Shown in pieces: positions 1-7,686 of a DNA stretch of 64,000 nt (positions are counted from its first letter, which is position 1; every line of letters begins with the position of its first letter). Below the pieces are notes generated by a model, which did no database searches, was not told the DNA's origin, and saw nothing but the letters and a program-made list of their open reading frames with translations. This stretch comes from Gemmobacter sp. (lineage in GTDB: Bacteria > Pseudomonadota > Alphaproteobacteria > Rhodobacterales > Rhodobacteraceae): assembly GCA_041675885.1 (NCBI GenBank), contig JBAYSY010000005.1:7652-71651 (forward strand), given 5' to 3'. The position numbers and the translations under genes are program-made.

Positions 1-1
1 C

Positions 2-556
2 GCGCTGGGCGGGCTGGTGCTGGCGGCGGCCTACCGGGCGCTGACCTTCGAACGGCTGCGCGAAAGCGTCTATCTCACGGTGCGCACCTCGGCGATGGTC
101 TGCTGGCTGTTCGTCGGCTCCTACACCTTCGCGTCGGTGTTCTCCTACCTCGGGGGCGAGCATCTGATCTCGGAATTCGTGCGCGGCCTCGACATGACGC
201 CGGTGCAGTTCCTGATCATGGCCCAGATCATCATCTTCCTGCTGGGCTGGCCGCTGGAATGGTCGGAGATCATCATCATCTTCGTGCCGATCTTCCTTCC
301 GCTGCTGCCGATGTTCGGCATCGACCCGCTGTTCTTCGGCATCCTGGTGGCGGTGAACCTTCAGACCTCGTTCCTGACACCGCCAATGGCCATGTCGGCC
401 TATTACCTCAAGGGGGTGGCACCGGCCGAGGTCAAGCTGACCTCGATCTTCGCGGGCTCGCTTCCGTTCGTGGGGATGGTGTTCCTGACGATGGTGCTGC
501 TCTACAACGTGCCGGGGATCGTGTATTACCTGCCGGATCTGCTCTATGGCCGGTAA
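2..556 (+). CDS. TRAP transporter large permease subunit (DctM family), C-terminal part; the 5' end lies outside the window
   Basis: The ORF runs off the left edge. The translation is very hydrophobic and multi-TM, with typical DctM C-terminal motifs (LTPPMAMSAYYLKGV, LPFVGMVFLTMVLLY). Confidence 0.85.
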   Translation, partial: ALGGLVLAAAYRALTFERLRESVYLTVRTSAMVCWLFVGSYTFASVFSYLGGEHLISEFVRGLDMTPVQFLIMAQIIIFLLGWPLEWSEIIIIFVPIFLPLLPMFGIDPLFFGILVAVNLQTSFLTPPMAMSAYYLKGVAPAEVKLTSIFAGSLPFVGMVFLTMVLLYNVPGIVYYLPDLLYGR

Positions 557-1934
557 CATGAGAAAACCCGCCGCGGCAAAACAGGCGGAGGCCATTCCCG
601 GCCTCGCCACCCTCGATCTGCGCGACCGTCTGGCCTCGGGCGCGCTGCGCGCGGCCGAGGTGGCGGGCGCGATGCTCCAGCGGATCGAGGCGGTCGAACC
701 CACGGTGCAGGCCTGGGCCTGGCTCGACAGCGACCACGTGATGAAGGAGGCCGCGCGGCTCGACGCGCTGCGGGCCACGGGCCGCCCGGTCGGGCCGCTG
801 CACGGGATGCCGGTCGCGCTGAAGGATGTGATCGACACCAGGGGCATCCCGACCGAATGCGGCACGCCGCTGGAAGCGGGCCGGGTCCCGCGCGAGGATG
901 CGGCGGTGGTGGAACGGCTGCGCGCCGCCGGTGCGCTGATCATGGGCAAGACCGTCACGACCGAGCTTGCCTTCCTCCACCCGTCGAAGACCCGCAACCC
1001 CGCGAACCCCGCGCATACGCCGGGGGGGTCGTCCTCGGGCTCGGCGGCGGCGGTGGCGGCGGGGATGGTGCCGCTGTCCGTGGGCACCCAGACCGGCGGG
1101 TCGGTGATCCGTCCGGCGGCCTATTGCGGCACGGTGGGGTTCAAGCCCAGCTTCGGCATGATCCCGCGCCGGGGCGTGCTGTCGCAGTCGCCCTCGCTCG
1201 ACACCCTGGGCGTGTTCGCCCGCGACATCGAGGGGGCGGCGCTGCTGGCCGACGTGCTGTTCGGCCACGATCCGGGCGACCCGTCCAGCCTTGAGATGGC
1301 CCCGCCCCGGGTGCTGGCCACCGCCACGGCCGGGCCGCCGGTGCGGCCGATGCTGGCGATGGTCACACCCCCGGGGATGGACGAGCACGCGACCGAAGAC
1401 ACCCGCCTCGCGCTCGACGAACTGGTGGACTTCCTCGGCGACGGTGCCTTCGGCGCCCCCCTGCCCAACGCCTTCAACGAGGCGGCGGCGATCCGCGAGC
1501 GGATCAACTTCGCCGAGATGGCCAAATGCTACTACGCCCTTGAAAAGCGCGGCCGTGAGCAACTGTCCGAGGAGATGCGCGCCGCGCTCGACGCGGGCAA
1601 GGCGGTGCCGGCGCGCGACTATCTCGCCGCGCTCGACTGGGCCGATGTGCTTTACGCCGGGCTGGACGAGATCTTCGAACGTTGCGATGCCATCGTGACC
1701 CCCGCGACCCCCGGCCCCGCGCCCGAAGGGTTCGCGACCACCGGCAGCGCGATCTTCAACGGGTTGTGGACGCTGCTGGGCACGCCCGCCGTGACCATCC
1801 CGGTGCTTCAGGCGGCCAACGGCCTGCCGATGGGGCTGCAACTGGTCGGCCGCCGCGGCGACGACGCAAGGCTGTTGCGCACCGCCCGCTGGCTGATGCA
1901 CACTCTCACCCAGACACCCCCCGAGACGGAGTGA
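546..1934 (+). CDS. Amidase-signature family amidase (GatA-like)
   Basis: 462-aa ORF with the amidase signature block GGSSSGSAAAVAAG and a conserved K...S...S context. An alternative ATG at 558 would avoid the overlap with the permease. Confidence 0.85.
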   Translation: MAGNMRKPAAAKQAEAIPGLATLDLRDRLASGALRAAEVAGAMLQRIEAVEPTVQAWAWLDSDHVMKEAARLDALRATGRPVGPLHGMPVALKDVIDTRGIPTECGTPLEAGRVPREDAAVVERLRAAGALIMGKTVTTELAFLHPSKTRNPANPAHTPGGSSSGSAAAVAAGMVPLSVGTQTGGSVIRPAAYCGTVGFKPSFGMIPRRGVLSQSPSLDTLGVFARDIEGAALLADVLFGHDPGDPSSLEMAPPRVLATATAGPPVRPMLAMVTPPGMDEHATEDTRLALDELVDFLGDGAFGAPLPNAFNEAAAIRERINFAEMAKCYYALEKRGREQLSEEMRAALDAGKAVPARDYLAALDWADVLYAGLDEIFERCDAIVTPATPGPAPEGFATTGSAIFNGLWTLLGTPAVTIPVLQAANGLPMGLQLVGRRGDDARLLRTARWLMHTLTQTPPETE

Positions 1935-1937
1935 CCG

Positions 1938-2096
1938 ATGACCGAATTTCTGATGCGCGTTCTGTCCTTTCTGGTCATGCTGGGGTTCCTCGGGATTCTG
2001 GTTTTTGAACTGGGGCGGGTGGACATTACCGTGGTGGTCGGGCTGACGGTGGCGCTGGTGGCCTGGGATTTCTTCGGGCCGAAAAAGAAAAGCTGA
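1938..2096 (+). CDS. Small (52 aa) two-helix membrane protein, hypothetical; below the length cutoff of the ORF track
   Basis: My translation is MTEFLMRVLSFLVMLGFLGILVFELGRVDITVVVGLTVALVAWDFFGPKKKS. The ATG lies 3 nt after the amidase stop with ACGGAG upstream. It has GC-rich third positions and is followed by a terminator hairpin. Confidence 0.45.
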   Translation: MTEFLMRVLSFLVMLGFLGILVFELGRVDITVVVGLTVALVAWDFFGPKKKS

Positions 2097-2132
2097 CCGC
2101 CGCCGCTTTGGCGACCCACGGTTCACGCCCCG

Positions 2133-2165
2133 CAGGCCCGTCCCCCTGGCGGGCCTGTCGTTTTG
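2133..2165 (+). terminator. Rho-independent terminator candidate
   Basis: Perfect 8-bp stem CAGGCCCG / CGGGCCTG with a 9-nt loop, followed by TCGTTTTGC. Confidence 0.6.
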
Positions 2166-2397
2166 CGGGTCTGCGAATCGTTGCGGTCTGGCGGAATGAT
2201 CACAGGTCGGAATTTCAATGTCTGGATGTATTTTCCCGGAAGAATCGGGCAACGCGCGAGTGCGCCACCGAAAGATTCCGGCAAAAGTAAGGAAAACTTC
2301 CGAAATTCATGCGGAATTCCTGATAGTTCTTGACGGGGCACCACCGCCGGTTACGCTTTGTCGGCCCGATATGCCCGCCGCCCATTGATTGAGGGAC

Positions 2398-2419
2398 GGG
2401 AAGGGAAGGGAAGGGAAGG
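2398..2419. repeat. Pentanucleotide microsatellite (GGGAA)x4 plus GG
   Basis: Direct reading gives gggaagggaagggaagggaagg. It lies about 95 bp upstream of the VWA gene ATG. Confidence 0.9.
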
Positions 2420-2514
2420 CGACATTGAAGCCGCTGGCAACAGCGACAAGCCTGGTCGGCCTACACCCCGGCCAGAACCTGATCAACGGTCTGCATTGTA
2501 AGGGGGACCAGAAG

Positions 2515-3312
2515 ATGAGTTTCAGAAACATAGTCGCCGGCGCGGTCGTCGCGTTCGGCATGGCGCTGGGCGGCGGGGCCGTATCGGCCGCGGTGATCGA
2601 CCTCGGCTTCGCGCTGGACAAATCCGGCAGTGTTGGCTCGGCCAACTACAACACCACCAAGGAGGCGCTGGCAACTGCGCTGGGGTTGATACCCACGACA
2701 GGAGACAATCAGTATCGTGTGTCGGTCGTTTCATTCGGGTCGAGTGTTACCGTCGATCTTGCGCCGACCATCGTGACGGCGGATACCATCAGTGCCATTC
2801 AGAATGCGGTTCGGAACAGCAGCTATAGCGGCGGAGGCACCCGCACAGATCTGGCAATCAGCAGTTTGACCAATGCGTTTGTGAATGCCGACGGCGGGCT
2901 TGGCGACCTCACGCTGTTCAACATTTCGACCGATGGCTCTCCAAGCAGCCAAGCCAATACCTTGACGGCCGCCAATGCCGCGCGCACGGCGGGGGTCGAT
3001 GGCATCAGCTTTGAAGCAATCGGCAGCTTTTCCCAGACCCAGTTGAACAACATGGCCGCCCTTGCCTCTCCTGGAACACCGGTGATCGTCCATGATCTGG
3101 ACCAGATCCCCAATCCGACTGAACACGGTTTCGTCATCGCCGTGACGGGGTTCGATGCCTATCAGGCAGCGATCAATGCCAAGGTTGAGCGGATCATCGA
3201 AGACACCGGCGGCGGCACGACGCCGATCCCGCTTCCGGCCTCGCTGCCGCTGCTGCTGGCCGGTCTCGGTCTGGTGGGCGGCCTGCGGCTGCGCAGGAAG
3301 CACGCGGCCTGA
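2515..3312 (+). CDS. Secreted von Willebrand factor A domain protein with a VPLPA-CTERM-type (PEP-CTERM-like) C-terminal sorting tail
   Basis: The ATG at 2515 is preceded by AGGGGGA. The N-terminal signal peptide is MSFRNIVAGAVVAFGMALGGGAVSAA. A VWA MIDAS-like start (DLGFALDKSGSV) is present. The C-terminus is TPIPLPASLPLLLAGLGLVGGLRLRRK, i.e. motif, TM helix and basic cluster. Confidence 0.8.
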   Translation: MSFRNIVAGAVVAFGMALGGGAVSAAVIDLGFALDKSGSVGSANYNTTKEALATALGLIPTTGDNQYRVSVVSFGSSVTVDLAPTIVTADTISAIQNAVRNSSYSGGGTRTDLAISSLTNAFVNADGGLGDLTLFNISTDGSPSSQANTLTAANAARTAGVDGISFEAIGSFSQTQLNNMAALASPGTPVIVHDLDQIPNPTEHGFVIAVTGFDAYQAAINAKVERIIEDTGGGTTPIPLPASLPLLLAGLGLVGGLRLRRKHAA

Positions 3313-3333
3313 ACCGCACAGGACTGACGGCAA

Positions 3334-3364
3334 AGGCCCGCGATCCCGGATCGCGGGCCTTTTG
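3334..3364. terminator. Bidirectional terminator hairpin between convergent genes
   Basis: AGGCCCGCGATCC-CG-GATCGCGGGCCT is a perfect long stem, followed by TTTTG. Confidence 0.75.
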
Positions 3365-3412
3365 CGTTGCGGGATGCGGTGCCCCGAAGGCCGGAGCCCG
3401 GCAGGGCGCCGG

Positions 3413-3829
3413 TCAGTTCCCCTCGCCATCCCCGGCGGTGTCGATCAGGATCAGGTTCTGGTCCTCATGCACCCAGATCGCGCGGGCCGCGGTGACATCC
3501 GCCTCGGTCAGGTCGTCGAAGGCATCCGGCACCGGATCGGGAAGCCTTGTCGGGTCGTCATAGACGAAGGCGGCGCAAAGGGCGTGATCCCCGCAGGCCG
3601 CGCGCCCGGCCTCGGCCCAGACATGCATGTCCGCGCCCGCCTCGCACAGCACCAGCGCCAACTGGCCGCCGCCATGCTCACCGCGACAGATTTCCGCCGC
3701 GCGCCCGGCGGCGTCCGCGCCCTCGGCCAGCGCGGGCGGCGCCCAGAGCCCGAGCGCAAGCACGGCGGCCAGCGCGCGGGCGGGGCGGAGGGTCAGGCGC
3801 GGACGGTCCTTATGCGATCCGTATGTCAT
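3413..3829 (-). CDS. Small secreted Cys-containing hypothetical protein
   Basis: An ATG at 3829 gives MTYGSHKDRPRLTLRPARALAAVLALGLWAPPALAEG (signal peptide). The mature part has 4 Cys. I recognise no family. Confidence 0.5.
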   Translation of the reverse strand: MTYGSHKDRPRLTLRPARALAAVLALGLWAPPALAEGADAAGRAAEICRGEHGGGQLALVLCEAGADMHVWAEAGRAACGDHALCAAFVYDDPTRLPDPVPDAFDDLTEADVTAARAIWVHEDQNLILIDTAGDGEGN

Positions 3830-4074
3830 TTCGAAAAGACCTTTTGAAACCTGCCCGACCTTATGCCCGGGCGGGTGACGGCGCAACCATCCTGCGCCCA
3901 CCCCGCCCACGGCGCCGGGGATTTCCGGCGTCTGGCGGGCACCGAACCGGAACGCCCATTCCCCCTTGCCCGGAACAGCCGCGCAGGCGGCAGGGGCTGC
4001 GGTTCTCCGCTGCCCTCTGTTTCGCCTGTGCGCCTCGATCCGGTCTTCTGACCGGCCCGCCAGAACCCGCCCCG

Positions 4075-7000
4075 CTAGAACTGGGTGGTGATGTTCAGGA
4101 ACGCCCCCGTGCGCGGCAGCCGGACCCGGCGCATGTCGTCATCGACCTGACCCCAGGCATAGCCCGCGCCGATACGCAGGTTGTTGCCCATCAGCCGGTA
4201 AAGCCCGGTCACCGCCCCCAGTTCGGTCGTCTCGGCGCGCGGATAGCGCAGCGCCCGGACCTCGGCCATCAGATCCCAGTTGTGGACCACGTGGTAATCC
4301 ACCCGCAGGATGCCCAGATGCGCCTCGGACCGGGTAGAGGCGGAACCGCTTGCCCGGTCGGAAAGTTCGCGCCAGCGGTAGCCGTATTTCGCCCCCAGCG
4401 TCCATTGCGGGTTCAACTGATAGCTGATCGCCGCGTTCAGGATATGGCTGCGCTGGCGCGGCCCGTTGATATGGCCGTCGATATTGACCTGATCGGCCCC
4501 CGGCATGTCGTAGAGGAAGGTATAGCTGACAAGGCCGTTGATCCGGTCGTTGCTTTCGGGCCGCCAGGCATAGCCGACACGGGCCTCGACATAGCGGCCA
4601 TCGCGGAACGACGACTGGTCCGAATTCGACACCACCGCGTCGATCGCCGAGACGAAACGCCAGTCGGCCGAGGTCTTCTGTTCGTAGAAGCCCGAGACCA
4701 GCCAGGTGTTGCGGTCGAGATCGCGCGCCGGGTTGTCCGAGGACTCGCGCCGCCATTCGCCGCGCAGCCCGGCGGCGACGATATCGGCGTCGGTATAGCG
4801 GACCCCGAAGGACAGCCCGCGCCGTTCCATCGTGGTGTCGTCCTGCAACACGGTGCGGCCGAACTGCAACCCGCCGTCGAAGCGCCAGCGGGCGTCGGGC
4901 GTATAGGTCACCCCGTAGCCCGAGGTCAGCGTCGGCCTTGTGCCGAAGGCGCTGTAGGTGTTTTCGGCGGTGTAGTTCCAGCGGTCGTTCACCCGCGACG
5001 AAGCCCCCAGCACCACCCGGCCCCGGTCGCGCCCGGCGAAATCGGCACTGTCGAAGCGCCGCTGCGGGTCGAGTTCGTAGCCCAGCGTATAGCGGCTGGC
5101 CTCGTCGCGCTGCCAGCCGAGTTCGGCCCGCGCCGCCCAGCCGAGATTGCCGGTCGAGACCTCGCCGGTCATGTCGATCCGGTCGGTCAGCAGCGCCCGC
5201 GCCCCGAAGCCCACCCGGTTGTTCGCCTGCCGCGTGGCATCACGGGTGACGGTCGCCTGACCGAAGGCCCAGATCGCCAGATCCTCGTCGGGCGACCATG
5301 TAAGCCGCACCGCCGCATCGGTCCGTGCCCCGAAATCGGCCCGGGGTCCGGGGGCGGCAAGGGCGGAACGCTCATCGCGCTGCACCTCGCCCTCGACCGT
5401 CCAGACCGGGGTCAGCGCATGGGCAAAGCCCAGCCGCACCCGCCGGTCCTTGCGGCCGTCGGCATCGCTGAAATGCCGCCCGCCGAAGGTCAGCGCGGTG
5501 CGCGCCGTCAGCGCCACCTCGCCGTCGAGGCCCCATGCGGTCTGATCGACCCGGATCTCGTCCGAGGGCGAACTGAAGCCGCCGTCCTTGCGGGTGTAGA
5601 ACCCTTCGACCCTTCCATCGAGGCCGAGCATCGCCAGATCGGTGCGGCCGCGCAGGCTCCAGGCGTCGGCATGCTGACCGGGCAGGCCGAAACTGGGGTT
5701 GCCGGGCAGGATCTCCATCCCCGCGTTGTCCGAGAAGGACGAGCCGAATCCCGGCCCCTCGGACCGGGCGTATTCCACGAGCAATTCGCGGGTTTCGCCC
5801 TGCCGCAGCAGGATATCGGCGCCAAGCAGGGTATTGTCGGCGATGCCGGTGGTCTCGCGCAGGCCCGCCACGCCGAAGCGCAGGTGGTCGTTCGCCCAGC
5901 CTTCGGCCCGCAGGCCGATGGTATGACCGTCGATATCGCCGGTCGTCGGGATATATTCGTATTGCGCGACCAGCCGCACCTCCTGGTCGCCCAGCGGGTT
6001 GGACGTGACCAGCCCGCCCGACGAGGCGTGCGACGACAGCGGTGCGTTCAGGATCACCACACCCTGGATATGGTCGATGCGGTAATCCACCCCCTCGCTC
6101 AGCCGCCGGGCCGACAGGATCGCCCCGGTGGTGGTGTCGCGGACCTCGACCATGATGGTTTCGGTATCGGCAAGCAGATCCTGCCGCGACAGGAAATAGG
6201 CGCTGCCGCCGGTGGCGCTGAACACGTCGCGCTGCATCAGGCTGTCGGCATTGGCGGCGAAGCCGGTGATACGCACCCGCGGCTCGCCCTGCCCGGTCAC
6301 GGCGAGCGAGCGGTATTCCCCCGACAGGCCGTAAAGCGCGCGGTCGCTGCGCACCAGCGCCGCCGCATCGCCCGCGGGCTTGAAGTCGCCCCAGGTCAGG
6401 TGGCTGCCGTCGCGTTCGACCCGCAGGTAGAACTTGCCCGAGGTGGGGGCCAGTTCGGTCATCTGCGAATCGTCGCCATAGGTGTTGAAGATGTCGCGCG
6501 GCTCCAGCTGGCGCAGGGTCTGGTCGGGGTGTTTGCGGCCGAAGTTGCGGAACATGTCGCGCAGTTCTTCTTCCCGCGTGTCCATCGAGGCGGTGACCCG
6601 CACCCCGTTCGCCAGCGTGCCCTGCGCGAAGCCGGCGATGCGGCCCAGTTTCCAGGTCTCGCCCAGCACGTTGTCGCGGCCGATGGTCAGGTCGGCGATG
6701 CCGGTGCGGAACCACTCCGACCGGGCGATCTCGACCGGGCGTTCGGTCTCCTGCCCGTCAACACCGATCCGCACCCCATGGACACCAGGCGGCAGGATGC
6801 GCTGGATCACGAAACTGCCCGAAGGGTCCACCGGCGCGCGTTCGCCCATCACCGTGACCGCGCCCGCCGCACGGGCATGGCCGGTAACGGTCACCGCCCC
6901 GCCCCGCACCGGGATGCCGCGCCGGGCGGTCATGTCCTCGCCCTCGGCGGCGGCGATGACCGGGCCGGGGCGCTCGGCCTCGGGCAGGCGGGTGGCGCTG

Positions 7001-7686
7001 CGCACCAGCCTTGTGGAACGGGTTTCGTCCCGGCGGCCCGCGGTGTCCCAGGCGCGCAGGATATAGTCGTAATCGCCATCGTCGCGCGCGTCGCGGGCGG
7101 CGGGCATGGTCCATTCCGCCGTGCCGTTGGGGGCGATCGGCACCAGTGCCACGGTCTGGCCGCGCCGGTCGCGGATCACCACCTCGGCCCGGTCGATCCA
7201 GGCCGGATAGTTCGAGGTCGCGCGGAAGGTCACCTTTTCGCCCGCGACAAAGCTCTGGCGCAGGTCGGCGGTGGCGACCGCAAGCCGTGGCCGCGCCCCC
7301 AGCCCGTCGTAGCTCAGTTGCAGGCCCATGGCCTCCAGCAGCCGGTCGATATCGCGGATCCGGTCCGGCCGGGCGGGGGCGCCCGCGATGGTGCGGCGCG
7401 GCCCCTCGGCGCCTTCGGCCCCGTCGATCGAGATCGAAAAGCCCAGATCGCCCAGATCGGCGGTCACCGGCGCAGCGGCGATGTTGGGCGGTGCCGGGCG
7501 GGCGACCACGGTGCCCTCGTTGGCGTGGCGGCAGTTCTCGGGCAGGCGGCCGTCCACCAGAACGCAGCCGTCCGCCTGCGCCCCGGCGGGCTGCCCCGCC
7601 CCCAGCGCCAGCGCCGCGGCGCCCGCCATCAGCACCATCCGCATCCCGCGGGCCTGCATCGAGCCGGACATACCAAGCGCCCCCAT
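4075..7686 (-). CDS. Very large (about 1,200 aa) outer-membrane beta-barrel protein with an N-terminal soluble region; uncharacterised family
   Basis: Signal-like N-terminus MRMVLMAGAAALALGAGQPAGAQA. Long runs of alternating amphipathic beta-strand sequence. The C-terminal ...GAFLNITTQF ends in Phe, the classic OMP signature. The start overlaps the stop of the upstream giant (GTGATG). Confidence 0.7.
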   Translation of the reverse strand: MGALGMSGSMQARGMRMVLMAGAAALALGAGQPAGAQADGCVLVDGRLPENCRHANEGTVVARPAPPNIAAAPVTADLGDLGFSISIDGAEGAEGPRRTIAGAPARPDRIRDIDRLLEAMGLQLSYDGLGARPRLAVATADLRQSFVAGEKVTFRATSNYPAWIDRAEVVIRDRRGQTVALVPIAPNGTAEWTMPAARDARDDGDYDYILRAWDTAGRRDETRSTRLVRSATRLPEAERPGPVIAAAEGEDMTARRGIPVRGGAVTVTGHARAAGAVTVMGERAPVDPSGSFVIQRILPPGVHGVRIGVDGQETERPVEIARSEWFRTGIADLTIGRDNVLGETWKLGRIAGFAQGTLANGVRVTASMDTREEELRDMFRNFGRKHPDQTLRQLEPRDIFNTYGDDSQMTELAPTSGKFYLRVERDGSHLTWGDFKPAGDAAALVRSDRALYGLSGEYRSLAVTGQGEPRVRITGFAANADSLMQRDVFSATGGSAYFLSRQDLLADTETIMVEVRDTTTGAILSARRLSEGVDYRIDHIQGVVILNAPLSSHASSGGLVTSNPLGDQEVRLVAQYEYIPTTGDIDGHTIGLRAEGWANDHLRFGVAGLRETTGIADNTLLGADILLRQGETRELLVEYARSEGPGFGSSFSDNAGMEILPGNPSFGLPGQHADAWSLRGRTDLAMLGLDGRVEGFYTRKDGGFSSPSDEIRVDQTAWGLDGEVALTARTALTFGGRHFSDADGRKDRRVRLGFAHALTPVWTVEGEVQRDERSALAAPGPRADFGARTDAAVRLTWSPDEDLAIWAFGQATVTRDATRQANNRVGFGARALLTDRIDMTGEVSTGNLGWAARAELGWQRDEASRYTLGYELDPQRRFDSADFAGRDRGRVVLGASSRVNDRWNYTAENTYSAFGTRPTLTSGYGVTYTPDARWRFDGGLQFGRTVLQDDTTMERRGLSFGVRYTDADIVAAGLRGEWRRESSDNPARDLDRNTWLVSGFYEQKTSADWRFVSAIDAVVSNSDQSSFRDGRYVEARVGYAWRPESNDRINGLVSYTFLYDMPGADQVNIDGHINGPRQRSHILNAAISYQLNPQWTLGAKYGYRWRELSDRASGSASTRSEAHLGILRVDYHVVHNWDLMAEVRALRYPRAETTELGAVTGLYRLMGNNLRIGAGYAWGQVDDDMRRVRLPRTGAFLNITTQF

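Noticed and set aside
432-2252. A 606-aa minus-strand ORF over the amidase gene. Similar long antisense ORFs occur at 18799..20367, 20216..22159, 22639..24009, 24102..25550, 41788..44208, 44015..46378, 45681..47210, 47141..49972, 50262..51941, 51626..53377, 55789..57792 and 62106..63596
   Set aside because: Each overlaps a gene on the other strand that has unambiguous family motifs. The antisense translations are dominated by Arg, Pro, Gly and His and have no motifs. These are typical high-GC antisense artefacts.
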